Shown: piece by piece, positions 35,155 through 48,103 of the stretch
Layout: every line of letters begins with the position of its first letter
Position numbering within the stretch: position 1 is the first letter of the stretch
DNA from: Mobula hypostoma
Lineage: Eukaryota
Length of the DNA: 64,000 bases
NCBI RefSeq assembly: GCF_963921235.1
Contig: NC_086097.1
Span: forward strand, 188,172,001-188,236,000
Reading direction: 5' to 3'
Notes under the pieces: model-generated
The model's database searches: none
What the model was told of the DNA's origin: nothing
Seen by the model: the letters and a program-made list of their open reading frames with translations, nothing else
Made by a program: the position numbers and the translations under genes

Positions 35155-38135
35155 GATAAGACCATAAGACCATAAGACAAAGGAGCAGAAGTAGGCCATT
35201 CGGCCCATCGAGTCTGCTCCGCCATTTTATCATGAGCTGATCCATTTTATCCTATTTAGTCACACTGCCCCGCCTTCTCACCATAACCTTTGATGCCCTG
35301 GCTACTCAGATACCTATCAATCTCTGCCTTAAATACACCCAATGACTTGGCCTCCACTGCTGCCCGTGGCAACAAATTCCATAGATTCACCACCCTCTGA
35401 CTAAAAAAATTTTTTTGCATTTCTGTTCTGAAAGGGCGCCCTTCAATCCTGAAGTCATGCCCTCTCGTACTAGACTCCCCCATCATGGGAAACAACTTTG
35501 CCACATCCACTCTGTCCATGCCTTTTAACATTCGAAATGTTTCTATGAGGTCTCCCCTCATTCTTCTAAACTCCAAGGAATACAGTCCAAGAGCGGACAA
35601 ACGTTCCTCATATGTTAACCCTCTCATTCCCAGAATCATCTAGTGAATCTTCTCTGTACCCTCTCTAACATCAGCACATCCTTTCTTCAATAAGGAGACC
35701 AAAACTGCCCACAATACTCCAAGTGAGGTCTCACCAGCACCTTATAGAGCCTCAACATCACATCCCTGCTCCCATACTCTATTCCTCTAGAAATGAATGC
35801 CAACATTGCATTCGCCTTCTTCACTACCGACTCAACCTGGAGGTTAACTTTAAGGGAATCCTGTACGAGGACTCCCAAGTCCCGTTGCATCTCAGAACTT
35901 TGAATTCTTTCCCCATTTAAATAATAGTCTGCCCATTTATTTTTTCTGCCAAAGTGCATAACCATACACTTTCCAACATTGTACTTCATTTGCCACTTCT
36001 CTGCCCATTCTTCCAATCTATCCAAGTCTCTCTGCAGACTCTCCGTTTCCTCAGCACTACCGGCCCCTCCACCTATCTTTGCATCGTCAGCAAACTTAGC
36101 CACAAAGCCATCTATTCCATAATCCAAATCGTTGATGTACAATGTAAAAAGAAGCGGCCCCAACACTGATCCCTGTGGAACACCACTGGTAACCGGCAGC
36201 CAACCAGAATAGGATCCCTTTATTCCCACTCTCTGTTTCCTGCCAATCAGCCAACGCTCTATCCACGTATGTAACTTTCCTGTAATTCCATGGGCTCTTA
36301 TCTTGTTAAGCAGCCTCATGTGTGGCACCTTGTCAAAGGCCTTCTGAAAATCCAAATATACAATATCCACTGCATCTCCCTTGTCTAGCCTACTGGTAAT
36401 TTCCTCAAAAAATTGTAATAGGTTTGTCAGGCAGGATTTTCCTTTAAGGAATCCATGCTGAGTTCTGCCTATCTTGTCATATGCCTCCAGGTACTCTGTA
36501 ACCTCATCCTTGACAATCAACTCCAACAACTTCCCAACCACCGACGTCAAGCTAACAGGTCATAATTTCCTCTTTGCTTCCTTGCCCCCTTCTTAAATAG
36601 CGGAGTGACGTTTGCAATCTTCCAGTCTTCTGCAACCATCCCAGAATCTATCGACTTTTGAAAGATCATCGCTAATGCCTCCGCAATCTCCACAGTTACT
36701 TCCTTCAGAACACGAGGGTGCATTCCATCTGGTCCAGGAGATTTATCGACCTTTAGCCTATTCAGCTTCCTGAGTACTTTCTCTGTCGTAATTGTGACTG
36801 CGCACACTTCTCTTCCCTGCTACCTTTGAGTGTCCGGTATCCTGCTGTCTTCCTCAGTGAAGACTGATGCAAAATACTTGTTCAGTTCCTCTGCCATCTC
36901 CTCATCTCCCATTACAATTTCTTCAGTATCATTTTCTATCGGTCCTATATCTACTCTCACCTGTCTTTTACTCTTTATATACTTGAAAAAGCTTTTAGTA
37001 TCCTCTTCGATATTATTTGCTAGTTTCCTTTCACAGTTAATCTTTTCTCTCTTAATGACCTTCTTGGTTTCCTTTGGTAAGGTTTTAAAGACTTCCCAAT
37101 CCTCTGTCTTCCCACTAATTTTTGCTTCCTTGTATGCCCTCTCCTTAGCTTTAACTTTGGCTTTGACTTCTCTTGTCAACCACGGTTGCATCCTTTTTCC
37201 ACTCGAAAATTTCTTCTTTTTTGGAATATACCTGTCTTGCACATTCCTCATTTCTCGTATAAACTCCAGCCACTGCTGCTCTGCTGTCTTTCCCACCAGT
37301 GTCTCTTTCCAGTCAACTTTGGCCAGTTCCTCTCTCATGCCACTGTAGTTTCCTTTACTCCACTGAAAGACCGACACATCAGATTTCGGCTTCTCTTTTT
37401 CTAATTTCACAGTGAACTCAATCATGTTATGATCACTGCCTCCTAAGGGTTCCTTCACCTCAATCTCTCCAATCACCTCCGGTTCATTACACAATACCCA
37501 ATCCAGTACAGCTGATCCCCTAGTGGGCTCAACAACAAGCTGTTCTAAAAAGCCATCTCACAGACATTCTACAAATTCTCTCTCTTGAGATCCAGTGCCG
37601 ACCTGATTTTTCCAATCTACTCGCATGTTAAAATCCCCCACAATTATCATAACACTGCCCTTCTGACAAGCCTTTTCTATTTCCAGTTGTAATTTGTAGT
37701 CCACATCCCTGCAGCTGTTTGGAGGCCTATAAATAACTGCCATCAGGGTCCTTTTACCCCTGCTATTCCTTAGCTCAACCCATAAAGATTCTGCACCTTC
37801 CGATCCTATATCACCTCTTTCTAATGATTTAATATTATTTCTTACCAATAAAGCCACGCCTCCCCCTCTGCCTACCTTCCTATCCTTCCGATACACGTGT
37901 ATCCTTGGACGTTCAGCTCCCAGAGACATGCATCCTTTAGCCATGTCTCAGTGATGGCCGCAATATCATACCTGCCAATCTGTAGCTGTACAACAAGATC
38001 ATCCACCTTATTCCTTATGCTGGGTGCATTTAAGTACAACACCTTAAGACCAGTATTTGATACTTTTTGCTTTGATTTCACTGCAACTTTATTGCACTGC
38101 AACTCATCCCAATGGCTACACATTTGCCCCATCAC
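35155..38135 (-). mobile_element. Young CR1 LINE covering essentially all of ORF2 (frameshifted), inserted in a PLE terminal repeat
   Basis: LKVLYLNAPSIRNK...AAITETWL, IYRPPN, VGDFN, SDHN, KFADDAK; (TCTTATGG)n tail; 7-bp TSD ctgagac (35148-35154 / 38136-38142). Confidence 0.95.
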
Positions 38136-38479
38136 CTGAGACCCTTCTTCAGGACTGGAAAGGAAAGGGGAAGATGCCAGAAATAAGAAGGTGGAAAGAA
38201 GGGGAGGAGGACAAGCTAGAAGGTGATAGGTGAAGCCAGGTGGATGGGGGAGGGGGGATGCAGTAAGAAGCTGGGAGATGATAAGTGGACAAGCTCACAG
38301 GAATGATATGTATCTGTAGTTGTAAGTCTGGGTGATCACATGGTTGAAGGGTCAGAAGGCAGCAGAGATCAGAGGGGAAACTGTGAGAGAGGTTCTCACT
38401 GAACTCCTGTTGAAGATTTAAACTTCTCAGCATATGCATGCCATAAAGATATCTTGCAGCAGAGCAGCATGTCATAAAT

Positions 38480-38735
38480 ATAAGAGTTCCTGCAGATGCT
38501 GGAAATCCAGAGCAACACACTCAGATTGCCGGAGGAACTCAGCAGATCAGGCAGCATCTCTGGAAATTAATAAACAGTCGACATTTCAGGCTGAGACCCT
38601 TCATCAGGACTGGAAAGAAAGGGGGAAGATAGCAGAACAAGAAGGTGGGGAGAAAGGGAGGAGGACAAGCTAGAAGTTGATAGGTAAAGCCAAGTGAGTG
38701 GGCAGGGGCGATGTAGTGAGAAGCTGGGAGGTGAA
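38480..38735 (-). mobile_element. Penelope-like terminal repeat with hammerhead motif
   Basis: - strand CAGTC-CTGATGA-AGGGTCTCAGCCT-GAAATGTC-GACTG at about 38575-38612. Confidence 0.8.
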
Positions 38736-39159
38736 CAACATAATAGATTCATTGAAATGATTAAATAAAATCTCTTGTAAGTCAGTTTTAAAAAATAATC
38801 ATTAGATAATACTATGTGCTGAAAATTAATTTTGATTTTATATTTATCCAAAATTCATACATCACTGTTATGAAGATTTGCCTGAAGATTTAAGTAAATT
38901 GTCTTCTTTCTTGCTCTGAACTAAACAGATTGCTGAGTACTTAATAAGATAATAACTGGACTGTCTAGTTAATCTCCTTACTTAACTACAAATCACAATG
39001 TGTAATTAAGCAGATTGCAGATTGCTTTCTGTATGTGTCCTGATTCTTTCTATATTTAATATTACAATTAAAATGGTATTTTATCAGAAATATTAATATA
39101 ATTAAAATATTTGCACCATTGGAAATTAATTTGCACATAAAATTATGTTATGGAACACC

Positions 39160-41520
39160 AAACATAGAACAGTGCAACACAAACAGGCCATTTGGCCCAT
39201 AATATCAGTGCTGACTGTATTGTCCCATCCCATCCAATTGCCCGTGGTCTATATCACTCAATCTCCTTGCCTGTCTAAATAGCTCTGGTTGCTTTTGTAT
39301 CTGCTTCCACTTCATCCTCTGGCTACCTAAAGCTGTGCCCTCTAGAACTTGATATTTCCACTTTGGTAAAATAATACTATATACCCTATCTATGTTCTCA
39401 TAATTTTATATGCACCTATCAGTTTTGAATTGGATTGACTTTATTATTTACATCCTTCATATACATGAGTAAAAATATTTTCATTACGTCTCCATCTAAA
39501 TGCGCAATGTGCAATTATAGTAATTTATAATAAATATTATGTAGAACAGGATAGTCAATATAACATAGAAATATGGTTGCATCAGCATGAATTAAGCAGG
39601 CTGATGGCCTGGTGGAAGAAGCTGTCCTGGAGCCTGTTGGTCCTGGCTTTTATGCTATGGTACCATTTCCCAGATGGCAGCAGCTGGAACAGTTTGTGAG
39701 TGGGGTGACTGGGGTCTCCAATGATCCTTCTTATTACACACCTGTCTTTCATCCTCTAAAGCTTCAAGATAAACAATCAAAGTCTTTCCAGATCCCTTGT
39801 AGCTAATATTCTTTATTCCAGGGAGCTTTCTGGTAAACATCTTTTGCATCGTCTCCAAAGCCTTCACAACCTGAAACGCACACCAAGTACATGACCAATG
39901 AACATAACTATGCTGTTTGCTTATTTATCACTTCGCCTACTTATGTTGCCCCTTCAGGGAGCTATGACTTGCACCTCAGGATTCCTCTGTGATCCCAAAA
40001 GTCCTCTTACATTTGACCTTCCACAGTGCAGCATATCGTACTTGTCTCAAGTAAATGCCATCTGCCACTTTTCTGCCCATATTTCTAGCTGAAATATATA
40101 AGACCATAAGATATAAGTACAGAAGTAAGAGAATGCAGTCTGCTCTACCTTTTCATCATGGCTGAACCAATTTCCTTCTCAGCCCCCATTTCCTGCTTTC
40201 TCTAAAAATCTATCAACCTCCACCTTAAATATACATAAAGAGTTGGCCTCCACAGCTATCTGTTGCAAAGAATTCCACAGATTCACCATTCTCTGGCTAA
40301 AGAAACTCCTTCTCATCTCCATTTTAAAAGGACAGTCCTCTATTCTGAGGCTTTGTCCTCTGGTTTTAGACTCTCCCATCATGAAAACCATCCTCTCCAC
40401 ATCCACTATCAAGGCCTTTCACCATTTGATAAGTTCCAATGAGGTCAGCCCTCATTCTTCTGAGTTCTAGTGAATATAGCCCCAGAGCCATCAAATGCTC
40501 TTCATATGACAAGTGATTCAATCCTGGAACCATTTTTGTGAACCTCCTTGGGACCTTCTCCAGTTTCTGTATATCCTTTCTAAGGAGCCCAAAACTGCTC
40601 ACAATACTCCAAGTGAAGCCTCACCAGTGCTTTATAAAGTCTCAGCATTATACCCTGCTATATCCTCTGCGACCTTCTTCACTACCCTTAACTCCACTAC
40701 TTTGTGTGTCATCCATTATGAGATGCATTTAAGAAGTATGATTTCAATAATCTCCCAATTTCAAATGTTTGGTTTATTTTAGCTTTCTGAAGCTCTTAAT
40801 AATTGATACCTAAGAAGCCATGGTTGAGATTTTTTACTTCCAATCATAAGTTGTGCCATCAGCCATCTGAGTTTTGGAATATCATATTTAGTCTATTCTA
40901 GTAATAACCAAGCATTAATGCCTTTGCATTTCCGATCAGATATCAGAATCCCGGTTGATTTATGCTCTTCCTAAGACATGGCACTAAAGCCAATTATAAT
41001 CATCACCATCATTATGTGCCATGTCGCATGACATGGGCCATCATGGTTTTTGACTATGATTGTTCTTACATAAGAACACAAGAAATAGGAGCAGGAGCAG
41101 GAGTAGGCCATCTAGCCCATCAAGCCTGCTCTGCCATTCAATAAGATCATGGTTGATCTGGCCATGGACTCATCTCCACCTACCTGCCTTTTCCCCATCA
41201 CGCTTAATTCTCCGACTATGCAAAAATCTATCCAACCTTGTCTTAAATATATTTACTGAGGTAGCCTCCACTGCTTAATTGGGCAGAAAATCCCACACAT
41301 TCACTATACTCTGGGAAAAGCAGTTCCACCTCATCTCCATCCTAAATCTACTCCCCCGAATCTTATGGGATGTCTCCTACTTCTAGTCTCACCTACCAGT
41401 GGAAACAACTTTCCTGCCTCTCTCTTATATACCCCTTTCATAATGTTATATGTTTCTATAAGATCTCCTGTCATTCTTCAAAATTCCAGAAAGTACAATC
41501 CCAGGCAATTCAATCCCTCC
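39160..41520 (-). mobile_element. Cluster of CR1 3' fragments (about 39160-39420, 39740-40090, 40097-40650, 41068-41520) and a Rex-like fragment (about 39425-39730)
   Basis: ALGLYSLELRRMRADLI and FFSQRMVNLWNSL motifs; ccataaga / acataaga tails; the Rex piece is the reverse complement of about 44820-45103. Confidence 0.7.
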
Positions 41521-42029
41521 TCAAATTTGTCTACAGAAATATTCTGCCATTGCCTTCTTCTGGGCAGTATCTTTACAAGACTGGTGATCCCCAACTATTA
41601 TCAGTACTCTTCAGAGATTATCCACCTGGCATCAGTGGCTGCATAACCAGGACTTGTGATATGCACCAGCTGCTCATGCCCCATGGCTTTACTTGACCCT
41701 GATCGGGGAGCTAAGCAGGTGATACACCTTGCCCATTAGTGGCCTGCAGGCTAGCAGTGGGAAGGAGCACCTTACACCTCCTTTGATAGAGACATATCTC
41801 CGCCCTGCAACCCACCAATTATAATAACACTCCTATTCAGAAAAGAAATCATAATAAGTAATTGAGGAAGTAACGTAAGTATATTTATTAAATTGTAAAT
41901 TAGTTAAGAGAAATCTGCATGTTCTCATGAAAGGAAAAAAGTGCCTTCCAAATGTGTTAGTGAATTCTGAGGAAATCTCAACCAGAGTTATAGAAGGGAG
42001 CCAGTAGATGTACCAGACTCGCAGATGCC

Positions 42030-43088
42030 ATTCAACAGGATAACACAGAAAGAGAAAGGCCCTTCACTGGTCGGGGTCGACTGTGGATGTTGCATCCCAG
42101 CCGTCTACGTGATATGCAAGCCAGTACTCAACCAGGGCACTGTGATGTGGAGAGCAAACTGTTACAGATGTGGTAGGGTCCTTGGGATGGCAGGACTTTC
42201 ATATGATGAAAGACTGGATCGACTAGGCTTGTACTCTCTGGAATTTAGAAGATTGAGGGGGGATCTGATTGAAACGTATAAAATCCTAAAGGGATTGGAC
42301 AGGCTAGATGCAGGAAGATTGTTCCCAATGTTGGGGAAGTTCAGAACGAGGGGTCACACTTTGAGGATAAAGGGGAAGCCTTTTAGGACCGAGATGAGGA
42401 AAAACTTCTTCACACAGAGAGTGGTGAATCTGTGGAATTCTCTGCCACAGGAAACAGTTGAGGCCAGTTCATTGGCTATATTTAAGAGGGGGTTAGATAT
42501 GGCCCTTGTGGCTAAAGGGATCAGAGGGTATGGAGGGAAGGCTGGTACAGGGTTCTGAGTCGGATGATCAGCCATGATCATACTGAATGGCGGTGCAGGA
42601 TTGAAGGGCCGAATGGCCTACTCCTGCAACTATTTTCTATGTTTCTATATTTCTCTCCATGCAGTTGATGAATCCAAAACAACAACAGAGATCAATACAG
42701 TTTGGCACCAGCAGCATCACAAGGGTTGCCAGTCAGTGATAAACTCAACATAGGACTGCCTTAGGGACTTCAGCTCTGGATTTTTCCTTAGGGTTTACAC
42801 CCAAAGCTGGGTATAGCTGGAAGTCAACAGAGGTTGGTTATCAGAGTTTTCCTTTTCCGAGCAGATGAGGTGCATCTGCCCAATACAATTGATTTTAAGG
42901 CACCAGAATCCTGCCTTTGCCTATTCTACTGTCAGTAGAAACATTTCTGCTGGGCTTAGTAGCTAAGCTGCACATGAAAGCCAGGAGCTGAACTTGGTTG
43001 TTAGAGGCTATTTGAGACTCACACCATTTAATAGGTAGTGGGAGTTCAGCCCTAGTACCACACCCTGGCTAAAACAACTTTAAAGGAA
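42030..43088 (-). mobile_element. RTE-like non-coding retroposon interrupted by a + strand CR1 3' fragment (about 42175-42652)
   Basis: 42730-42810 is reverse-complement-similar to 29390-29455; the CR1 part reads LGLYSLEFRRLRGDLIETYKI and has a (TTTCTATG) tail. Confidence 0.6.
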
Positions 43089-43804
43089 CTGATGACTCAC
43101 AAAAGGATAAATGACAAGACAAGGACTCATGGAGATGGAGGTAATATGTATACAGTCACGAATAGAGGATTGGCTAAAAGGCAGGAAGCGGTTAGCAGGC
43201 ATAAGGGGTTCATTTTCAAGTTAGTAACCTGTATCCAGTGGGGTAATGCAAGAATTAATGACTTGAAAAAAGGAAGCAAAAGTAAAAGGCCATTTCTGCA
43301 GACTATACAAAATTAGTTGGGAAGCTGAGTTGTGATGGGGAAATGTATTCCTTTTGTAAGGAAGAACAGAACAACGGATTTTATTTAAGTGAGGAATTCT
43401 GCTGAAAGCCACATCATAACCAAGCACTCATGCCTTTGCGTCTCTAGCAGTAATTGGAGACCAATCAGATATCACGTTTTAGGGGTGTATGTGCACAAGA
43501 CACAAAACCAGTACACAACTGCAATACGTTGTAGAAAAGTCTAAATATAATATTTAACTCAAGAAAGTTGGAGTAGAAAAGCAGACAATTCTAATGGCAG
43601 CTGTACAAGGTGCCACTGAACCCATGTCTAAAGTCCTGCAACAGTTTTTGGCCTCCCATTAAAGATAGTTGGCAATTCAGAAAGCATTTTTAAGAATGTT
43701 ATGGCACGTTTGACTTATGAGGAAAGGTTAAACAAGTTGTGACTCTACTCATTGGACTTTAGAAGGGTAGATCATCTTACTAAAACATAGAAGATCCCTG
43801 CAGA

Positions 43805-43910
43805 CAACACACATCAAGGTTACTGGTGAACGCAGCAGGCCAGGCAGCATCTCTAGGAAGAGGTACAGTCGACATTTCAGGCCGAGACCCTTCGTCAGGA
43901 CTAACTGAAG
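43805..43910 (-). mobile_element. 106-bp solo Penelope-like terminal repeat with hammerhead motif
   Basis: 12-bp TSD gatccctgcaga (43793-43804 / 43911-43922); AGTC-CTGACGA-AGGGTCTCGGCCT-GAAATGTC-GACT on the - strand. Confidence 0.85.
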
Positions 43911-44054
43911 GATCCCTGCAGAGTAAAATCCAGAACGGAGACTCCATTTCAGAATAAAGAGGTGCATCTTTATCACTGAGGTAAGGAAGAACTTCTTTTC
44001 TCAGAGGTTTGTGTCTTTGAAACTCTTTGTTACAAAGAATTGTGGATCAAAGAA

Positions 44055-45103
44055 TTGAAGGCTCAGAGACCTTGGCCTTCACCCTACCTTGTATAGCTGG
44101 ATCCTGGACCTCCTGTCAGATCGCTAGCAGGTGGTAAAAGTGGGCTCCCTCAACTCTGCCCCTCTGACCCTCAACACAGGTGCCCCTCAGGGCTGTGTAC
44201 TAAAGACCCTCCTATACTCTGTATACCCACGACAGTGTTGCCACCCACAGCTCCAATCTGCTAATTAAATTTGCTGATGACACTACACTGATAGACCTAA
44301 TCTCAAATAATAATGAGGCAGCCTACAGAGAGGAAGACATCGCTCTGACACAGTGGTGTCAAGAAAGCAACCTGTCCCTCAACTTTGCAAAAACAAAGGA
44401 GCTGGTTGTAGACTACAGGAGTAATGGAGACAGGCTAACCCCTGTAGACATCAATGGATCTGGGTTGAGAGAGTGAACAGCTTTAAGTTCCTCAGCATAA
44501 ACATCACTGAGGATTTCACATGGTCTGTACATACCAGCTGTGTGGTGAAAAAGGTGAAACAGAGCCTCTTTCACCTCAGATTGTTGAAGAAGTTTGGTAT
44601 GCCCCCCCCCCACAAATTCTAAGAACTTTCTGTTGGGGCACAAGTGAGAGTATCCTGACTGGCTGCATCACTGCCTGGTAGGGGAACTGTACCTCCCTCA
44701 ATCACAGGACTCTGCAGAGAGTGTTGTGGACAACCCAGCGCATCTGTTGATGCAAACTTCTCACTATTCAGGACATTTACAAATACAGGTGCGTAAAAAG
44801 AGCCCAAAGGATGATTGGAGACCTGAGTCACCCCAACCACAAACTGTTTCAGCTGCTACCATCCGGGAAACAGTACCACAGCATAAGAGCCAGGACATAG
44901 GCTCCGGGACAGCTTCTTCCACCAGGCCATCAGACTGCTTAATTCATGCTGATGCAACTGTATTTCTATGTTATATTAACTATCCTGTTGTACATAATAT
45001 TATAAGTTACTATAGTTGCACATTGCATATTTGAACAGAGACGTAATGTAAAGATTTTTACACCTCATGTATATGAAGGATGTAAGTAATGGCGTCAATT
45101 CAA
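44055..45103 (+). mobile_element. 5'-truncated Rex1/Babar-like LINE
   Basis: LNTGAPQGCVL, IKFADDTTL, FKFLSINITED motifs; caattcaa tail. Confidence 0.85.
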
Positions 45104-45424
45104 ATGGAAGAATGGATGGGGAAGGGAGAAATGAGGAAAAGGAGGAAGGGAGAGAAGAAGGAATGAAAGTAAGTTGCTGTAATTCTACAGATATTCTTTA
45201 AATGCAGACTGCATAAATATCTGTGGTAAGAGCAGATGAAGTAACTTGAATTTTGGGGGTAATCTTGTTTTTAAAGACTGGAGAGGTCTATTCTCATGAC
45301 TTCTTTAACACATCACATGATTTTGTTGTTTTTAAATTTCTTTAAGTAGATCCCTTGGTCTCTCATTACATGCTGAGTCAATGTTAGCTAAACAGAAGTC
45401 ACTGCTGGTCAACCAGGAGTGAAG

Positions 45425-47320
45425 TAACAACACAAAATGCTGGAAGAACTCAGCAGGTCAGGCAGCATCTATGGAGGGGAATGAGCTGTCACCATTTCAG
45501 GCTGAGACCCTTCATCTGGATTAGAAAGGAAGGGGCAGAAGCCAGTACAAGACGACGGAGAAGGAGAAAGAGTTCAAGCTGGCAGGTGTTAGGTGAAACC
45601 AGGTGATTGGCAAGGTGCAAACAACAAGAATTCTGCAGAGGCTGGAAATTCAAGCAATACACATCAAAGTTGCTGGTGAACGCAGCAGGCCAGGCAGCAT
45701 CTCTAGGAAGAGGTACAGTTGACGTTTCAGGCTGAGACCCTTCGTCAGGACTAACTGAAGGAAGAGTGAGTAAGAGATTTGAAAGTTGGAGGGGGAGGGG
45801 GAGATCCAAAATGATAGGAGAAGACAGGAGGGGGAGGGATGGAGCCAATAGCTGGACAGGTGATTGGCAAAAGGGATACGAGAGGATCATGGGACAGGAG
45901 GTCCGGGAAGAAAGACGGGCGGGGGGGGGACCCAGAGGATGGGCAAGGGGTATATTCAGAGGGACAGAGGGAGAAAAAGGAGAGTGAGAGAAAGAATGTG
46001 TATAAAAATAAATAACGGATGGGGTACGGGGGGAGGTGGGGCATTAGCGGAAGTTAGAGAAGTCGATGTTCATGCCATCAGGTTGGAGGCTACCCAGACG
46101 GAATATAAGGTGTTGTTCCTCCAACCTGAGTGTGGCTTCATCTTTACAGTAGAAGAGGCCGTGGATAGACATGTCAGAATGGGAATGGGATGTGGAATTA
46201 AAATGTGTGGCCACTGGGAGATCCTGCTTTCTCTGGCGGACAGAGCGTAGGTGTTCAGCAAAGCGGTCTCCCAGTCTGCATCGGGTCTCGCCAATATATA
46301 AAAGGCCACATCAGGAGCACCGGACGCAGTATATCACCCCAGTTGACTCACAGGTGAAGTGTCGCCTCACCTAGAAGGACTGTTTAGGGCCCTGAATGGT
46401 GGTGAGGGAGGAAGTGTAAGGGCATGTGTAGCACTTGTTCCGCTCACACGGATAAGTGCCAGGAGGGAGATCAGTGGGGAGGGATGGGGGGACGAATGGA
46501 CAAGGGAGTCGTGTAGGAAGTGATCCCTGCGGAAAGCAGAGAGAGGGGGGAGGGAAAGATGTGCTTAGTGGTGGCTGCGTTCACCAGCAACTTCGATGTG
46601 TGTTGATTGGCAAGGTGTATGGGAGGTGAAGGGGAATATGAAGTAAGAGGCTAGGAGGGGACAGATGGAAGAGATAATGGGCTGACAAGGAAGGAATCTG
46701 AGGACAGTGTCCATGGAAAAAGGGAAGGAAGAGGGGAACCAGAGGGGGGTGATGGGCAAGTGAAGAGAAGGAGCTGAGTGGGTAACCTGTATGGGGAGTG
46801 CAAAAAGAGAAGGTGGGGGGAGAAATTACTGGAAGTTGGAGAGATCTATGTCCATGCCATGAGGCTGGAGACCATCCAGGTGGAATATGAGGTTTTACTC
46901 TAACAAACCTCATCATGGCAGTGAAGGAGGACATGGACAGACATGTTAGAATGAAATGGTCAGCCACTGGAAGATCCTGCCTTTTGTGGTGGACAGAGCA
47001 AAGGTGCTCAACGAAGCAATCCCACAGACTGTGTCAGAACTCACCAATGTAGAGTAGGTGGTATTGGGAGCACCAGATACAATAAATGACCCCAATAGAC
47101 TCACAGGTAAAATATTGCCTCACCTAGAAGGGCTGTTTGCGGCCCTAAATAGTGGTGAGGGTGGAAGTTTAGGGGCAGAGGTAGCACTTGTTTTGCTGCA
47201 GGAGTAAATGTCAGGAAGAAGATGAGTGGCGAGGAATGAATGGACAAGAGAGTCGAATAAATAGCAATCCATATCGAAAGTGACGTGTGGATGGAGGCAA
47301 AGATGTGCTTAGTGGAAGGA
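45425..47320 (-). mobile_element. Older Penelope-like fragment interrupted by a younger PLE
   Basis: Terminal repeat at 45425-45617 continues at 46618-47320 with a decayed GIY-YIG. Confidence 0.75.
45618..46603 (-). mobile_element. Young 5'-truncated Penelope-like (Neptune-like GIY-YIG) element with 5' inverted terminal piece
   Basis: 14-bp TSD tgattggcaaggtg (45604-45617 / 46604-46617); GVIYCVRCS*CGLLYIGETRCRLGDRFAEHLRSV; hammerhead about 45716-45753; inverted piece 46574-46603. Confidence 0.9.
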
Positions 47321-47659
47321 GTTAAGTATATTTCCCAAACATAGTGGCCTACACAGGCACACATGTTCTATGGAAGGTACATGACAACAGTTTTCACTGG
47401 AAAAGTAGAACTCCACACGATAAAGCCTAAGGAGCTGGTTGAACAAGTTTCTTAGCTCTTCACTGGAAAATCAGGACTAGAATTTATAGAAACTGCCAGT
47501 TATAAATTCCTTCCAAGTCAGTGGTGCTTCTCCTTCACTTCTTCAGGAACCTGACAGTTTTGCCTAATATATAATCATATTGTAATATTACATTGGACTT
47601 AATACCTGGTTGTGATTTGAATATTGTGTCTTCAATGGGGTGGAGATGAAATGAGGTTT

Positions 47660-47829
47660 GAAAAGTGGATTCTACTATAAATCACAGATAATCTTTTACA
47701 CTGGGATCCTCGCTGTAAGAATTTAATCCAGAGTAAGCCATGATAAGACTGACAATCTCATTTGATTTCCTTACACTGACCGAGGAAAGTACATTTATGT
47801 TGTTGGAGCTGCAATCAAATTGCCTAAAA
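47660..47829 (+). promoter_or_regulatory. Putative CNGB3 proximal promoter/5' UTR with K50 homeodomain (CRX/OTX-type) sites
   Basis: TATAAA 47676-47681, TAATCT 47689-47694, TTAATCC 47723-47729 and TAAGCC 47734-47739, all within 160 nt of the ATG of a photoreceptor gene. TSS unknown. Confidence 0.5.
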
Positions 47830-47931
47830 ATGTTTCATAAACTCGGGTTTGGATTCAGAAAAGTGACACCAAAGCAACCAGAGCCAAAAAATGCTGAAAC
47901 TCCAGAGGAAGACCAGCAGTCAATGGAACAG
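47830..47931 (+). CDS. CNGB3: CNGB3 coding exon 1 (MFHKLGFGFRKVTPKQPEPKNAETPEEDQQSMEQ)
   Basis: ATG at 47830, donor CAG|gttagt at 47932, phase 0. The MF...KV-P start resembles the vertebrate CNGB3 N-terminus (human MFKSLTKVNKVKP, recalled). Splices in frame to exons 2-5. Confidence 0.8.
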
Positions 47932-48021
47932 GTTAGTGTACAACTATTTATTTTTATACCGAGTTCTATTATCAGTACAAGAGATCAAACACACAGACTT
48001 TGGTTCTTTTCTTCTTCATAG

Positions 48022-48103
48022 GAATCTGAAACAGCTAAAAATGATTCCAGGAAGACTGAAGAAGTAATGGTAGTCAACACAGTACCAACAAACACTGAGC
48101 AAG
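48022..48103 (+). CDS. CNGB3: CNGB3 coding exon 2 (ESETAKNDSRKTEEVMVVNTVPTNTEQ)
   Basis: Acceptor ttcttttcttcttcatag, donor AAG|gtcagg; 82 nt, phase 0 to 1; follows a 90-nt intron. Length and phase match my recollection of human CNGB3 exon 2 (needs verifying). Confidence 0.8.

Noticed and set aside
36830..37404. Antisense ORFs over LINEs (also many other 60-180-aa ORFs in the track)
   Set aside because: Shadow frames of retrotransposon coding sequence or low-complexity purine tracts.
41530..41817. HDV-like ribozyme at the 5' end of RTE-like elements (also about 42900-43088, - strand)
   Set aside because: A P4-like hairpin is visible, but I could not build a consistent P1/P2/P3/P1.1 double pseudoknot from these decayed copies; it needs a consensus and a covariance search.
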